Source: Lutibacter sp. (lineage in GTDB: Bacteria; Bacteroidota; Bacteroidia; Flavobacteriales; Flavobacteriaceae). Taken from it: a stretch of DNA of 49,281 nucleotides. Shown piece after piece: positions 39,108-49,281 of the stretch (position 1 is the first letter of the stretch; each line of letters begins with the position of its first letter). Location: assembly GCA_014859175.1 (NCBI GenBank), contig JACUUQ010000001.1, positions 1 through 49,281 of the forward strand, given 5' to 3'. The position numbers and the translations under genes were made by a program. The notes under the pieces are model-generated. The model made no database searches. It saw only the letters and a program-made list of their open reading frames with translations, and was not told the DNA's origin.

Positions 39108-41603
39108 ATGAAAAAAAATAATATTTTCTTAAGTTTTCTGTTTTCTCTTGTTTTTTTATCAGGGTTTTCCCAAGTGAAAATAAGCGGTGTCGTGAAAGAC
39201 GAAAACAACCAATCTATTCCTTTTGCGAATATTGTTTTTGTGGGTTCATCCACAGGAACAGTTTCCGATGAAAACGGAAAGTTTTATTTGGAATCCGCTA
39301 AAACCTATACAAAAATTGAAGTTTCTTTTATGGGCTATGAAACCAAAACGGTATCCGTAAAAAACAGGGATTATAATTTAACGATTGTTTTAAAAGAAGA
39401 AGCCGCGCAATTGAAGCAGGTTTTTATTTACGCCGGAAAGGTTAAGAAAAAAGGAAATCCGGCCATCGCCATCTTGGAAAAAATTTGGGCCAAGAAACGC
39501 GAAAACGGCATTTATTTATTCGACCAATATCAATACAACAAGTATGAGAAATTGGAATTTGATATGAATAATATTGACAGTGCCATGATAAAAAGCAAGT
39601 TCTTTAAGGGGATGGAGTTTATTTTTGAAGGGATTGACACTTCACATATCACAGGAAAATCATTCTTGCCAATTTTTATTAACGAATCGGTTTACAAATC
39701 TTTTGGGAAAAATAAGGGCGGAAAAAAATTTCGGGAAGATTTGATCGCCAATAAAAATTCAGGATTCGAAAACAATCAAACCGTCATCGCATTTATCAAA
39801 GATTTGTATGTTGATTATAATGTTTACGACAGTTATATCAAGATTTTCGATAAAAGTTTTGTGAGCCCAATCTCCAAAGCCGCAGGCGTTTCAACCTACA
39901 ATTATATTTTGGCCGACAGCGCTTTTATCGACAATAAATGGTGTTTTAATATTTTATACTATCCGCGAAGAAAAGGAGAACTTACTTTTAAAGGTAATTT
40001 TTGGGTGAACGACACCACATTCGCCATCAAAAAAATTAATATGCAGGCCAATAAAAGTGCCAATATTAACTGGGTAAAAGATATTTATATTGAACAGGAA
40101 TTTGACGTTTTGAACGATTCAGTGTTTTTGCTGAAAAGGGATTATATGATGTCCGATTTTAGTTTGAACAAAAAAGACAAATCCAAAGGTTTGTATGGAA
40201 AAAGAACCACCATGTTTAAGGATTATGTATTCAACGAAAAAAAATCGGATGCTTTTTACAACGAAGAAATAAATGCCTACGATAAAAATATTTATTCAAA
40301 AGCTGATGATTATTGGAGTGAAAACAGGCAGGAAAAATTAAATGAAAATGAACAGGGCATCTATAAATTGTTGGATACTTTAGCCACCGTTCCTAAATTT
40401 AAGCGCATTTATAATTTGGTTTCCATTTTGGGATCAGGATATATAGAGTTCAATAAATTTGATTTTGGCGATGTGTTTTCAACTTTCGGAAAAAATGATG
40501 TGGAAGGCTGGCGTTTGCGTGCCGGAGGAAGAACTTTTTTAGGAGGAAATGAGCCTTGGCGCTTGCAGGGATATACCGCTTACGGATTTAAGGATGATAA
40601 ATTTAAATATGGTATTTCAGGAAAATGGATGTTAAATCCGAAAAGTAGGTTTACGGTTGGACTTGGAAACAGGCGCGATGTGGAGCAAATTGGCGTAAGC
40701 TTAACCACCACCAACGATGTGATGGGCAGAAGTTTTGCTTCATCTTCCTTGTTTTCTTCGGGAGACAACAGCAAACTGACAAGCATCAATTTATCTAATT
40801 TTTTCATGTCAATCGAGCCAAGGAATAATTTAAATTTCAAAGTTGGCGCATCATACAGAACTTTGGAATCGGCTTCACCGGAAACTTTTAATCTGGATTA
40901 TTGGGTTGATAAAGAAAACAATATCAAAAAAGCGGACGTGTCGCAATCTGAAATTGATTTTACGGTCACTTACACGCCAAACAGAAAAACAATTGGCTAC
41001 GGCGTTGAACGCACAGAAGTCACTGATGTTTATTCTACCTTATTTTTGAATTATTCAAAAGGAATAAAAGGACTTTTTGACAGTGATTTTAATTACCAGA
41101 AAGTCCAGTTTTATTATCGTCAGCCAGTCTTAATTGGTGGTTTGGGAAGAATGTTCACCACTCTTGAATTGGGCAAAACATTTGGGGAAGTTCCGCTTGG
41201 TTTGCTGAATGTGGTGCCGGGAAATCAATCTTATTTCACCATTGAAAACACCTATTCGTTGTTGGATTATTATGAATTTGTGACAGATACCTATGCATCG
41301 CTTCATGTGGAACACAATTTTAACGGAAAATTCTTTTCAAGGATTCCGTTATTCAGAAAACTCAATTTGCGCGAAATTGTTGGCGCAAAAGCGGTTTGGG
41401 GAGAAATTTCCGACAAAAATATGGCGTTGAGTGCTTCAAACATAAATTATTTGGCACCTTCAAAAGTATATTATGAGTACAGCGTTGGCGTAGGCAATAT
41501 ATTTAAGGTTTTTAGAATTGATTTTAGCTGGAGAGGAAGTTATAGAGATGTGCCAAATGTCAATAATTTTGCCATAAAAGGCGCCTTCGGATTTCATTTC
41601 TAA
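39108..41603 (+). CDS. Carboxypeptidase-regulatory-like plus DUF5686 family outer membrane protein
   Basis: Signal peptide; ISGVVKD..IPFANI..GT.SDENGKF..SFMGY; YEKLEFD; N.VEG.R.R.GG; Y.EYSVG.GNIFK.FRIDF; terminal F. Confidence 0.85.
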   Translation: MKKNNIFLSFLFSLVFLSGFSQVKISGVVKDENNQSIPFANIVFVGSSTGTVSDENGKFYLESAKTYTKIEVSFMGYETKTVSVKNRDYNLTIVLKEEAAQLKQVFIYAGKVKKKGNPAIAILEKIWAKKRENGIYLFDQYQYNKYEKLEFDMNNIDSAMIKSKFFKGMEFIFEGIDTSHITGKSFLPIFINESVYKSFGKNKGGKKFREDLIANKNSGFENNQTVIAFIKDLYVDYNVYDSYIKIFDKSFVSPISKAAGVSTYNYILADSAFIDNKWCFNILYYPRRKGELTFKGNFWVNDTTFAIKKINMQANKSANINWVKDIYIEQEFDVLNDSVFLLKRDYMMSDFSLNKKDKSKGLYGKRTTMFKDYVFNEKKSDAFYNEEINAYDKNIYSKADDYWSENRQEKLNENEQGIYKLLDTLATVPKFKRIYNLVSILGSGYIEFNKFDFGDVFSTFGKNDVEGWRLRAGGRTFLGGNEPWRLQGYTAYGFKDDKFKYGISGKWMLNPKSRFTVGLGNRRDVEQIGVSLTTTNDVMGRSFASSSLFSSGDNSKLTSINLSNFFMSIEPRNNLNFKVGASYRTLESASPETFNLDYWVDKENNIKKADVSQSEIDFTVTYTPNRKTIGYGVERTEVTDVYSTLFLNYSKGIKGLFDSDFNYQKVQFYYRQPVLIGGLGRMFTTLELGKTFGEVPLGLLNVVPGNQSYFTIENTYSLLDYYEFVTDTYASLHVEHNFNGKFFSRIPLFRKLNLREIVGAKAVWGEISDKNMALSASNINYLAPSKVYYEYSVGVGNIFKVFRIDFSWRGSYRDVPNVNNFAIKGAFGFHF

Positions 41604-41682
41604 AATTTACCGCAAATAGGCGATTGTTGGAATATGATTTTTGTATTTTTGAAAAAAATTTAACTGTTTAACTAAAAGAAAA

Positions 41683-42210
41683 ATGAGCAATAAAACCGAG
41701 AAAACATTCGATGTGTTAATTGAGATACCAAAAGGAAGCAGAAACAAGTATGAATATGATTTTGTGTTGCATAAAATCAGGTTCGACAGAATGTTGTTTT
41801 CCTCTATGATGTATCCTGGAGATTATGGATTTATTCCTGAAACTTTGGCTTTGGACAAAGATCCGCTGGATGTTTTGGTATTGGGTGGCGAACCAACATT
41901 CCCAATGTGTGTGATGGAAGTGAAACCAATCGGCGTTTTCCATATGACCGATGAAAAGGGACCGGATGAAAAAATTATTTGCGTTCCAATTTCCGACCCT
42001 ATTTGGAACCAGTTAAATGATATTTCCGATATGAATCCGCATCAGGTAAAAGAAATTGAACACTTCTTTCAGGTTTACAAAGATTTGGAAAAAAAGAAAG
42101 TCGATGTAGGCGGTTGGGGAGATGTTAAGGAAGCCTATCAAATTGTTGCCCAATGTATTGAACGCTACAATTTGAGCGAACACAAGAAAAAAAGGACTTT
42201 TACCATTTAA
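41683..42210 (+). CDS. ppa: Soluble inorganic pyrophosphatase (family I)
   Basis: EIPKGSRNKYE, DR, YPGDYGFIP.TL..D.DPLDVLV, DEKGPDEK, HFFQVYKDLE. Confidence 0.95.
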   Translation: MSNKTEKTFDVLIEIPKGSRNKYEYDFVLHKIRFDRMLFSSMMYPGDYGFIPETLALDKDPLDVLVLGGEPTFPMCVMEVKPIGVFHMTDEKGPDEKIICVPISDPIWNQLNDISDMNPHQVKEIEHFFQVYKDLEKKKVDVGGWGDVKEAYQIVAQCIERYNLSEHKKKRTFTI

Positions 42211-42236
42211 TTGATAAAATAATGACCTAAAAACCG

Positions 42237-42269
42237 AGCCATCTTTAAAAATTAAAGATGGCTTTTTTT
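42237..42269 (+). terminator. Intrinsic terminator after ppa
   Basis: agccatctttaa-aaa-ttaaagatggct plus T run. Confidence 0.7.
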
Positions 42270-42334
42270 ATATGTCTTATTTTACTTATTTTAGCCCACA
42301 TTATAAAAATTAACTATAACAAACATTTTAAGAA

Positions 42335-44725
42335 ATGGAATTAATCGTAAATTATTTGCCGCTATTTGGTATTGCGGCACTTGTATTTGTTTTTTTAAAA
42401 AATTCTTGGGTTACAAAACAAGATGGAGGAAATGAAAAAATGGCAAGAATTGCCAAGAATATTGCCGATGGCGCTATGTCATTTTTGAAAGCTGAATATA
42501 AAATACTTTCAATTTTTGTAGTGGCTGTTGCAATTTTGCTTTATTTCAAAGGAACTTATGAATCAGGCTCAAACGGAATGGTGGCTGTTTCTTTTATTGT
42601 TGGCGCTGTTTGTTCGGCATTGGCTGGTTTTATCGGAATGAAAGTTGCCACCAAAGCGAACGTAAGAACTACACAAGCTGCCCGTACATCATTAGGAAAA
42701 GCGTTAGAAGTCGCTTTTGCAGGTGGAGCTGTTATGGGATTGGGTGTTGTTGGTCTTGGTGTTTTAGGATTAAGTTCATTATTTATGTTATATAGTGGAC
42801 AAGGATGGGTTATTTCTGAAGTGTTGAATGTGCTTTCAGGATTCTCATTGGGTGCGTCATCAATTGCATTATTTGCGCGTGTTGGTGGCGGTATTTATAC
42901 CAAAGCTGCTGATGTTGGTGCCGACCTTGTTGGAAAAGTAGAAGCGGGTATTCCTGAAGACCATCCATTAAATCCGGCAACAATTGCAGATAACGTTGGA
43001 GACAATGTTGGAGACGTTGCAGGTATGGGCGCCGATTTGTTTGAATCGTATGTAGGCTCTATTATCGGTACGATGGTATTGGGCGCTGCGTTTGTGACAA
43101 TACCGGCTTTTCAAACTTCATTTGATGGTTTGGGCGCAATTTATTTGCCGTTGGTTTTAGCTGCAGTGGGTATCATTATGTCAATTATAGGAACGTTTTT
43201 TGTAAAAGTAAAAGACGGCGGCGATCCGCAAGCTGCTTTAAATATTGGTGAATTTGGTTCAGCAGGCTTAATGGTTGTTGCTTCTTATTTTATCATCAAC
43301 CAAATGCTTCCTGAAACCTGGATGTTTAAAGGCGTTGAGTACACTTCATTGGGTGTTTTTTGGGCTACAATCGCTGGTTTGGTAGCCGGTTTGTTGGTAG
43401 GAAAAATTACCGAATATTATACTGCAACAGGTAAAAAACCTGTAATGTCTATTGTTAGGCAATCAGAAACTGGTGCAGCAACAAATATTATTGCAGGTTT
43501 GGGTGTTGGGATGATGTCAACTGCCATTCCAATTATTTTAATTGCAGCGGCTATTTTAGTTTCGCATCATTTTGCGGGTTTATACGGTATTGCCATTGCA
43601 GCCGTTGGAATGTTGGCAAATACAGGAATTCAGTTGGCTGTGGATGCTTATGGTCCAATTTCCGACAATGCCGGCGGTATTGCGGAAATGGCTGAATTGC
43701 CAAAAGAAGTTCGTGAACGCACAGATAAATTAGATGCCGTAGGAAACACGACTGCAGCTATTGGAAAAGGATTTGCCATCGCGTCTGCCGCTTTAACGGC
43801 TTTGGCCTTGTTTGCCGCTTTTATGCAAACTGCAAATTTAACTTCTATCGACGTTTCTCAACCTAAAATTATGGCCGGACTTTTAGTGGGTGGTATGTTG
43901 CCATTTGTTTTTTCAGCCTTGTCTATGAATGCCGTTGGACGTGCTGCTATGGCGATGATTGAAGAAGTTCGTCGGCAGTTTAGAGACATTCCTCAGCTTA
44001 AAGCAGCTTTGGAAGTGATGCGTAAATATGATTCAGATATGTCTAAAGCATCGGTGGAAGACAGAAAAATATTTGATGAAGCCGATGGTGTTGCAGATTA
44101 TTCAAAATGTGTTGAAATATCCACAAAAGCATCATTAAAAGAAATGGTATTGCCTGGTTTAATGGCGATTACCGTACCAGTTTTAATTGGATATATTGGT
44201 GGTGCCCAAATGTTGGGAGGTTTATTGGCCGGTGTAACAACTACCGGCGTTTTAATGGCTATTTTCCAATCCAATGCCGGTGGCGCTTGGGACAATGCCA
44301 AAAAAACAATTGAAGAAAAAGGATTAAAAGGAACTGACGCGCATAAAGCTGCGGTTGTTGGAGATACTGTTGGAGATCCATTTAAAGATACTTCAGGACC
44401 ATCATTAAACATTTTATTGAAGTTAATGTCGGTTGTGGCTTTGGTAATTGCGCCAAGTATTGCATTAAGCGACGCTGATATTACAGAATATAATAAAGAA
44501 AACGGCATTGAAATGGTTTCTCACGAAATTTCTAAAGAAGTGCAGGTTATTATGAGCACAAATGAAGATGGATCCATTAAAGCGGTTGTAACAACCACGA
44601 CTAGTGAAGAAGGAACAGCCACAACGGAAGAAAAAGTTTTTGAAGGAACTGAAGAAGAAGTGAAAGCTGAAATTCAGAATCTTAAAAATGTTAAAGTTGA
44701 AGTGAAAACTGAAGCGAAAGAGTAA
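42335..44725 (+). CDS. hppA: Membrane-integral K+-dependent, probably Na+-translocating pyrophosphatase
   Basis: [37 protein letters not shown] (Ala form, K+-dependent), [23 protein letters not shown]. Confidence 0.95.
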   Translation: MELIVNYLPLFGIAALVFVFLKNSWVTKQDGGNEKMARIAKNIADGAMSFLKAEYKILSIFVVAVAILLYFKGTYESGSNGMVAVSFIVGAVCSALAGFIGMKVATKANVRTTQAARTSLGKALEVAFAGGAVMGLGVVGLGVLGLSSLFMLYSGQGWVISEVLNVLSGFSLGASSIALFARVGGGIYTKAADVGADLVGKVEAGIPEDHPLNPATIADNVGDNVGDVAGMGADLFESYVGSIIGTMVLGAAFVTIPAFQTSFDGLGAIYLPLVLAAVGIIMSIIGTFFVKVKDGGDPQAALNIGEFGSAGLMVVASYFIINQMLPETWMFKGVEYTSLGVFWATIAGLVAGLLVGKITEYYTATGKKPVMSIVRQSETGAATNIIAGLGVGMMSTAIPIILIAAAILVSHHFAGLYGIAIAAVGMLANTGIQLAVDAYGPISDNAGGIAEMAELPKEVRERTDKLDAVGNTTAAIGKGFAIASAALTALALFAAFMQTANLTSIDVSQPKIMAGLLVGGMLPFVFSALSMNAVGRAAMAMIEEVRRQFRDIPQLKAALEVMRKYDSDMSKASVEDRKIFDEADGVADYSKCVEISTKASLKEMVLPGLMAITVPVLIGYIGGAQMLGGLLAGVTTTGVLMAIFQSNAGGAWDNAKKTIEEKGLKGTDAHKAAVVGDTVGDPFKDTSGPSLNILLKLMSVVALVIAPSIALSDADITEYNKENGIEMVSHEISKEVQVIMSTNEDGSIKAVVTTTTSEEGTATTEEKVFEGTEEEVKAEIQNLKNVKVEVKTEAKE

Positions 44726-44761
44726 ATCTTAAGGGATTTTTAAATTTTGATTATATCATAT

Positions 44762-44787
44762 AAAATTCCGCCAATTGGCGGAATTTT
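44762..44787. terminator. Bidirectional terminator after hppA
   Basis: aaaattccgcca-at-tggcggaatttt. Confidence 0.75.
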
Positions 44788-44826
44788 TCGTTCTAAATAT
44801 AATTGAATTTTATAAATTTTTAGAAA

Positions 44827-45187
44827 TTATTCAGGCTGCAAATCAACTTGAAGTTGTTGCGGAATCACATGACATTCGTCTGAAGTTACAGTTATGGATT
44901 CCGAAACAAAATCAACATATCCAACCCCAGAAACAGCTACTGTATAAGTTCCTGCGCGTTCCCAGGCACCAGAAAAAAAAGGGTTGTTCGCATTAAAAAA
45001 TTCGAGCGTTTCGGTGTAAGTTCCGTCTTTAGCAATTACCTTAATGCCAGTGCTTAAAACCTGATTGTTCGCAGCGTTCGGTGATGTTCAATCCGGCACG
45101 CGCTTCTTCTGTGCACTGAATGTCATTTATTTTATTTGAGGTGCACGATAAAACAATAAACAGGCAGATTGTAAATAAAGATTTCAT
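44827..45187 (-). pseudogene. Frameshifted small lipoprotein gene (not in ORF track)
   Basis: MKSLFTICLFIVLSC..CTEEARAGLNIT then a shift at ~45079 into NAANNQVLSTGIKVIAKDGTYTETLE..GAWERAGTYTVAVSGVGY..DECHVIPQQLQVDLQPE*. The span is 361 nt (3n+1). Confidence 0.75.
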
Positions 45188-45269
45188 GACAAAAATGATT
45201 TAACTTTTAATTTAATGTAAAAACATTTTCAATATTTAATCAATTTAACCTAAGCAATATTCATTGGTT

Positions 45270-45593
45270 TTAACTCGCACAATCAACACACAATAAACTT
45301 TCTGGCCTAATTAAAATTCTTCCTGCCGGTATTGGTTTGTGGCATTTTAGGCAAATTCCAAAATCTTTTGTGCCAATATTTGCCAAAACCCTGTTTAAAT
45401 TTTTTAATTTAATTTCTGCCTGCCTAAGTGCAGCAGCTGCGACACTGTTGTTATTAATGGCGTCCATTCTCGAAATTCGTCCGATTGCAACATCTGGCGC
45501 AACAGGTTTGGTCATTTCCTTGTAATCATTAATTGTTGTTTCTGTTTTTAAAATCTCGTCCAGTATTTTTTGTTTTAAGTCGTCCGTTTCCAT
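45270..45593 (-). CDS. TraR/DksA C4-type zinc finger protein
   Basis: Coiled coil with GRISRMDAI, then FGICLKC..I...R...PE...CVDCA. Confidence 0.9.
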   Translation of the reverse strand: METDDLKQKILDEILKTETTINDYKEMTKPVAPDVAIGRISRMDAINNNSVAAAALRQAEIKLKNLNRVLANIGTKDFGICLKCHKPIPAGRILIRPESLLCVDCAS

Positions 45594-45747
45594 TTATAAA
45601 TTTTTAAATTTTCTTGAGGTATTTAACTTCTCAATGAGAAATTGGGGTGTTTTTCTTAAGCGTTGGGATGAATTTCCCAAAAATAGTGAAAAACGGAAGA
45701 ATTATTGGCGTTTTAACTTTCTATTAATAATAAACAGGTCTTAATTT

Positions 45748-46623
45748 TTAACTAATTTTCTGAATCATCGGGTTGAAAGCTTTTGAGGCCACCATAACTT
45801 TAGTGCCAACTTTTAAATCCGTTATCTCATCTTCTGTGGCGATAACTTTAATGATATTGGCTCCAGAAAGGACGCTGACGATATAAATCACATCGCTTTT
45901 TTCGATAGCGATAATTTCTCCGGTAAGTTTAAATTTGCTGCTTATTTTTTCTTCGGAAAAAACAACAGCCGGCGTTCCTTCTTTGATGATTTTTCCTTTA
46001 TCGAGCAAAATCACTTGGTCCGAAAGTTTAAATATTTCGGGTAGATGATGACTTACCAAAATGGTGGTCAATTGATAATGCTGGTGCGCTTTCAAAATAT
46101 AATCCTGCAATTTAAAGCGCATTTCGTCATCAAGCGCAGAAAGCGGCTCATCGAGCAGCAATATTTTTGGTTTACGAACTATTGCTCTGGCCAAAGCGAC
46201 ACGTTGTTTTTGTCCGCCCGATAAATATTGTGGTTTGCTGTTTTGCAGCGATTGCAATTCCATCAATTCCAGCAATTCGTTCACCATATTTTTATCATTT
46301 CCTTTTTGCAGCGCGAAAGCCAAATTTTCACGAACGTTTAAATTAGGAAATAAGGCATAATCCTGGAACACAAATCCGACTGAACGTTTTTGTATGGGCA
46401 AAACAAATCTTTTTTCGGAATTGTTCCAGCATTCTCCTTCAACTTCAACCAACGATTTTTCTGTGTCGGTAAGTCCGGCTAAAATTCTGAGTATCGTGGT
46501 TTTTCCCGCGCCTGAATTTCCGTAAATGGTTATAAATTGTCCTTTTTCAACAGAAAACGACACATCCAAAGGAAGTTTTCCATCAGCTGTCTGCAAGGTT
46601 TTATGGGCGTAAAACTTAATCAT
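45748..46623 (-). CDS. modC: Molybdate ABC transporter ATP-binding subunit
   Basis: GNSGAGKTT, FQDYALFP, LSGGQKQRVALARA, LLLDEP, C-terminal TOBE; overlaps modB. Confidence 0.9.
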   Translation of the reverse strand: MIKFYAHKTLQTADGKLPLDVSFSVEKGQFITIYGNSGAGKTTILRILAGLTDTEKSLVEVEGECWNNSEKRFVLPIQKRSVGFVFQDYALFPNLNVRENLAFALQKGNDKNMVNELLELMELQSLQNSKPQYLSGGQKQRVALARAIVRKPKILLLDEPLSALDDEMRFKLQDYILKAHQHYQLTTILVSHHLPEIFKLSDQVILLDKGKIIKEGTPAVVFSEEKISSKFKLTGEIIAIEKSDVIYIVSVLSGANIIKVIATEDEITDLKVGTKVMVASKAFNPMIQKIS

Positions 46624-47299
46624 TGTTTAGCGGATTTGCCTTACTGAAGGTGTTGTTAGTAAGGTAAACGCCCAAAAGAATCAAAAAGGTGAAAACGAAT
46701 AAGATTCCGGCATACAAATTTGCTGCTTCATAATTCATGGCCTGCACTTCATCGTAAATGGCGATGGAAGCGACCCTGGTTTCATCGGGAATGCTTCCGC
46801 CAATCATTAAAACCACGCCAAATTCGCCTACTGTGTGGGCAAATGTCAACACAATTCCGATTAAAATGGAAGGTTTTATATTGGGAAGCAAAATTTTGAT
46901 GAGTGTGGTAAATTTCGATTTTCCCAAGGTAAATGAGGCTTCCCTAAGTGAAGCAGGTAAATTTTTTAATCCGGCCTGAATGGGATGAACCATAAATGGC
47001 AAACTGTAGATTACTGAAGCAATGATTAACCCTTCAAAAGTAAAAACCAATCTGACATCAAAATATTGGTCCAGAAATTCCCCAAAAGCATTTTGTGGAC
47101 TGAAAGCAACCAGCAAATAAAAACCCAAAACCGATGGCGGCAACACCAGCGGCAAACTCACAATGGCTTCCACAACCGACTTAAATTTGAATTTGGTGAA
47201 CGCAAGCCAGTAACATATCGGCAAAGAAACCACCAGCAAAATTGCGGTGGTTATCAAGGCCAGTTCGGCTGTTAGCCATAAGGGTTCTAAATCAATCAT
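46616..47299 (-). CDS. modB: Molybdate ABC transporter permease
   Basis: LPLVLPPSVLGFYLL, EAS.TLG, FAHTVGEFG..LMIGG.IP..T...SIAIY. Confidence 0.95.
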   Translation of the reverse strand: MIDLEPLWLTAELALITTAILLVVSLPICYWLAFTKFKFKSVVEAIVSLPLVLPPSVLGFYLLVAFSPQNAFGEFLDQYFDVRLVFTFEGLIIASVIYSLPFMVHPIQAGLKNLPASLREASFTLGKSKFTTLIKILLPNIKPSILIGIVLTFAHTVGEFGVVLMIGGSIPDETRVASIAIYDEVQAMNYEAANLYAGILFVFTFLILLGVYLTNNTFSKANPLNND

Positions 47300-47696
47300 T
47301 GGGCGATAAACTTACTTCGTTCGTTTTTATCAATGCCAAAACAGCATCACCATTTTTCAAATTTAATGTTTTGCAGGCATTTGTGGTGATAATGGATTTC
47401 ATGTTAAATTCCCTATTACTTAAATGCAATTCGCTTAAAATTTCTCCTTGTTTGATGGAATCAATTTTACAAAGAATTTTATTTTGGATGCTAATGTTCA
47501 AAGGTTCATTTTTGGAGATAATCACTTCGGTTTCCTTAAAATACACGTTAACCGGATTGCCGATTTTAAAATAAACTTCGGATGTTGGCGTATCAATAAT
47601 GATCGCTGTAAAAATGCTGCTTCCAACGGCAATTTTAACCAATGAAAGCGAATCGCTTCCCTGAATATTTGTGATATTTCCTTTTAGGATGTTCAT
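47292..47696 (-). CDS. Tandem-TOBE molybdenum-binding protein (ModG/Mop-like)
   Basis: N.L.G.I..I and SIQNKI...I..I..G..LS.....SIIT..A...L.LK.GD.V.ALIK.NEV. Confidence 0.85.
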   Translation of the reverse strand: MNILKGNITNIQGSDSLSLVKIAVGSSIFTAIIIDTPTSEVYFKIGNPVNVYFKETEVIISKNEPLNISIQNKILCKIDSIKQGEILSELHLSNREFNMKSIITTNACKTLNLKNGDAVLALIKTNEVSLSPND

Positions 47697-47702
47697 TTAA
47701 AT

Positions 47703-48467
47703 TTAGCTTGCTTTTTGGGTAAACCCGAAATGTGTTAAAATTGCGATGGCAGTTGGCGATGCCACAAAATTATAAAATTTTAGGGCATGAGGGTTGTTTT
47801 TGGCATGTTTCAAAATAACATAACCCTGTTCCAGTGGCTGGTGCGATTCTTCGGGAATCACATAATATTTCCCTACGGCTTTTTTCATAGTGGGCGATAA
47901 TGCCAATGACAAGGCCACAATGCCAATATCTGCTGCGCCAAGTTGCACAAATTGGGCAGTTTGGGAAATATTTTCTCCATATACAAACTTGCCTTTTACC
48001 TGATCGTAAATTTTATAATATTGCATACTTTCTTTTGCTTTTTCTCCGTAAGGCGCGTGATCTGGGTTTGCGATGGCTATTTTGTTCAGTTTTGGATTGA
48101 GCAATGCTTTCATTTTTTCAATATTCGGATTGATTTTTTTGCTCCAGATAACAATTCTGCCAATGCCATAAGTTTTTACTTCGGAAATGGCCAATCCTAG
48201 TTCTTTTAATTTTTTTGGATAGCTGACGTCTGCCGAAAAATATACATCAAAAGGCGCGTCATATTGTATTTGTTCAAAAAACTTTCCCGAAGAACCGTAA
48301 GTTACCTGAATTTTTTCTGACGGATGTTGTTTTTGATAAACCGAGATAACGGAGTCCAATGCAAATTTTAAATCGGAAGCCGCAGCAACGGAAACTTTTT
48401 GTGCCTGAATGGTGCAGCCATTTAGGATAAAAGTTATTATGAATCCAAAAAGTAGTCTGTTTATCAT
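47703..48467 (-). CDS. modA: Molybdate ABC transporter substrate-binding protein
   Basis: VAAASDL, GSSGK, APFDVYFSA, AIANPDHAPYG, GENISQ. ATG 48467 preferred over TTG 48488. Confidence 0.95.
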   Translation of the reverse strand: MINRLLFGFIITFILNGCTIQAQKVSVAAASDLKFALDSVISVYQKQHPSEKIQVTYGSSGKFFEQIQYDAPFDVYFSADVSYPKKLKELGLAISEVKTYGIGRIVIWSKKINPNIEKMKALLNPKLNKIAIANPDHAPYGEKAKESMQYYKIYDQVKGKFVYGENISQTAQFVQLGAADIGIVALSLALSPTMKKAVGKYYVIPEESHQPLEQGYVILKHAKNNPHALKFYNFVASPTAIAILTHFGFTQKAS

Positions 48468-48686
48468 TTTATGTATCTTTAATAACAAAGGATTTTGAAA
48501 AGCCTAGATACTTTTCAAAAATATTACTTAATGACTCAAAAATACTAAAAAATCAGAAGAACTTTGATTCATTTTAAGAGTTTGTGAAAACATAGTTCCT
48601 TACTGTTCATCCATAGATACGTTTAAAATAAATAAAAATATGAATAAGGAAAGAACGGTAATTTTTTTAAGCCGTTGTTTGTTATT

Positions 48687-49163
48687 TTATTCGGTGTCGT
48701 TTGAAGCCAGAATTTTAAATGTCAATGCTTTTTCATCATCAATTCGATATTCATAAATAGACCTTCCCTGAATATGCCCGTCGCTATAATCGGCAATAAT
48801 CCATTTATTTCCGAGCAATTGAATTTTTCCAAAATTCATTGTTCCGCCCAAAACGGCTTCAAAAGGAATTAAATCAGTTCTTTTTCGTAGCGCATTTTCA
48901 ACAAATTCTTCCGGATTTGTAATTCCCTTACGGGTTAAGTGCGCACCGTTGAAATCTTTGTCAAACCATAAATTTTCAACGACATTTTCAATTTTCAATA
49001 TCGAATCGTTTACACTTTTCAGGAGCACAATTTCTTTTTCTAAAGAGTCATTTTTTAGGGTTAACTGAATTGTTTTATCAGGTAAATTTTCAGGCTGTTC
49101 AACAGCATCTTTGCAACTTAAAATTAAAAAGCTTGCAAGCAGTAAAATAACTATATTTTTCAT
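48687..49163 (-). CDS. Hypothetical lipoprotein
   Basis: ATG 49163 gives MKNIVILLLASFLILSC; short coiled coil; LIP...VLGG.M.F...W..A.Y.DGH..G. Confidence 0.75.
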   Translation of the reverse strand: MKNIVILLLASFLILSCKDAVEQPENLPDKTIQLTLKNDSLEKEIVLLKSVNDSILKIENVVENLWFDKDFNGAHLTRKGITNPEEFVENALRKRTDLIPFEAVLGGTMNFGKIQLLGNKWIIADYSDGHIQGRSIYEYRIDDEKALTFKILASNDTE

Positions 49164-49281
49164 TTTCTTGGTAAATTTATAACAGTGAATCAACTCCGAT
49201 ACCTCCGATATTCAATTTTCAACAAATTTTACCCCTACCCTAAAGGGAGAAGTTGCTAAAAATTAATAATCTACAACAATA

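Noticed and set aside
44775-44996. 73-aa plus-strand ORF
   Set aside because: TTG start inside a terminator; antisense shadow of the frameshifted lipoprotein gene.
48470-48686. ModE box or Moco riboswitch upstream of modA
   Set aside because: No CGxTATATA-N-TATATAxCG-like symmetry and no Moco consensus recognisable.
1-49281. tRNA/rRNA genes, prophage, integrase, defence systems
   Set aside because: No recognisable signatures; intergenic gaps are short and mostly explained.

Overview
AT-rich chromosome segment of a Bacteroidota (Flavobacteriaceae, Lutibacter/Polaribacter-like) bacterium. The assignment rests on gldB/gldC, a T9SS type-B cargo-porP/sprF-porE-like triplet and many TAnnTTTG (-7) promoter motifs. 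Most of the window is housekeeping: M3 peptidase, purE/purK, greA, HIT, aat, aroA, queA, rlmN, rimP-nusA-infB, nadE, folK-dNK fusion, sppA, folA/thyA/nupC, etfAB, pdhB, ppa-hppA and modA-TOBE-modB-modC. I found no tRNA/rRNA, CRISPR array, transposase or prophage. The most interesting accessory locus is 23340-26341. It has a lipoprotein-signal TPR histidine kinase and a NarL/LuxR-type response regulator, followed by two copies of a 24-bp palindrome, each exactly 17 nt from a TAnnTTTG promoter. One promoter faces an ORF-less structured segment (candidate sRNA) and the other an unannotated 32-aa lipoprotein-like peptide. Also notable are a nested Flavo-1-like/REP mosaic upstream of purK, an unexplained 81-nt hairpin, leader terminators before greA and rimP, and a frameshifted lipoprotein gene missed by the ORF track. 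All family assignments come from motif recognition, not database searches.
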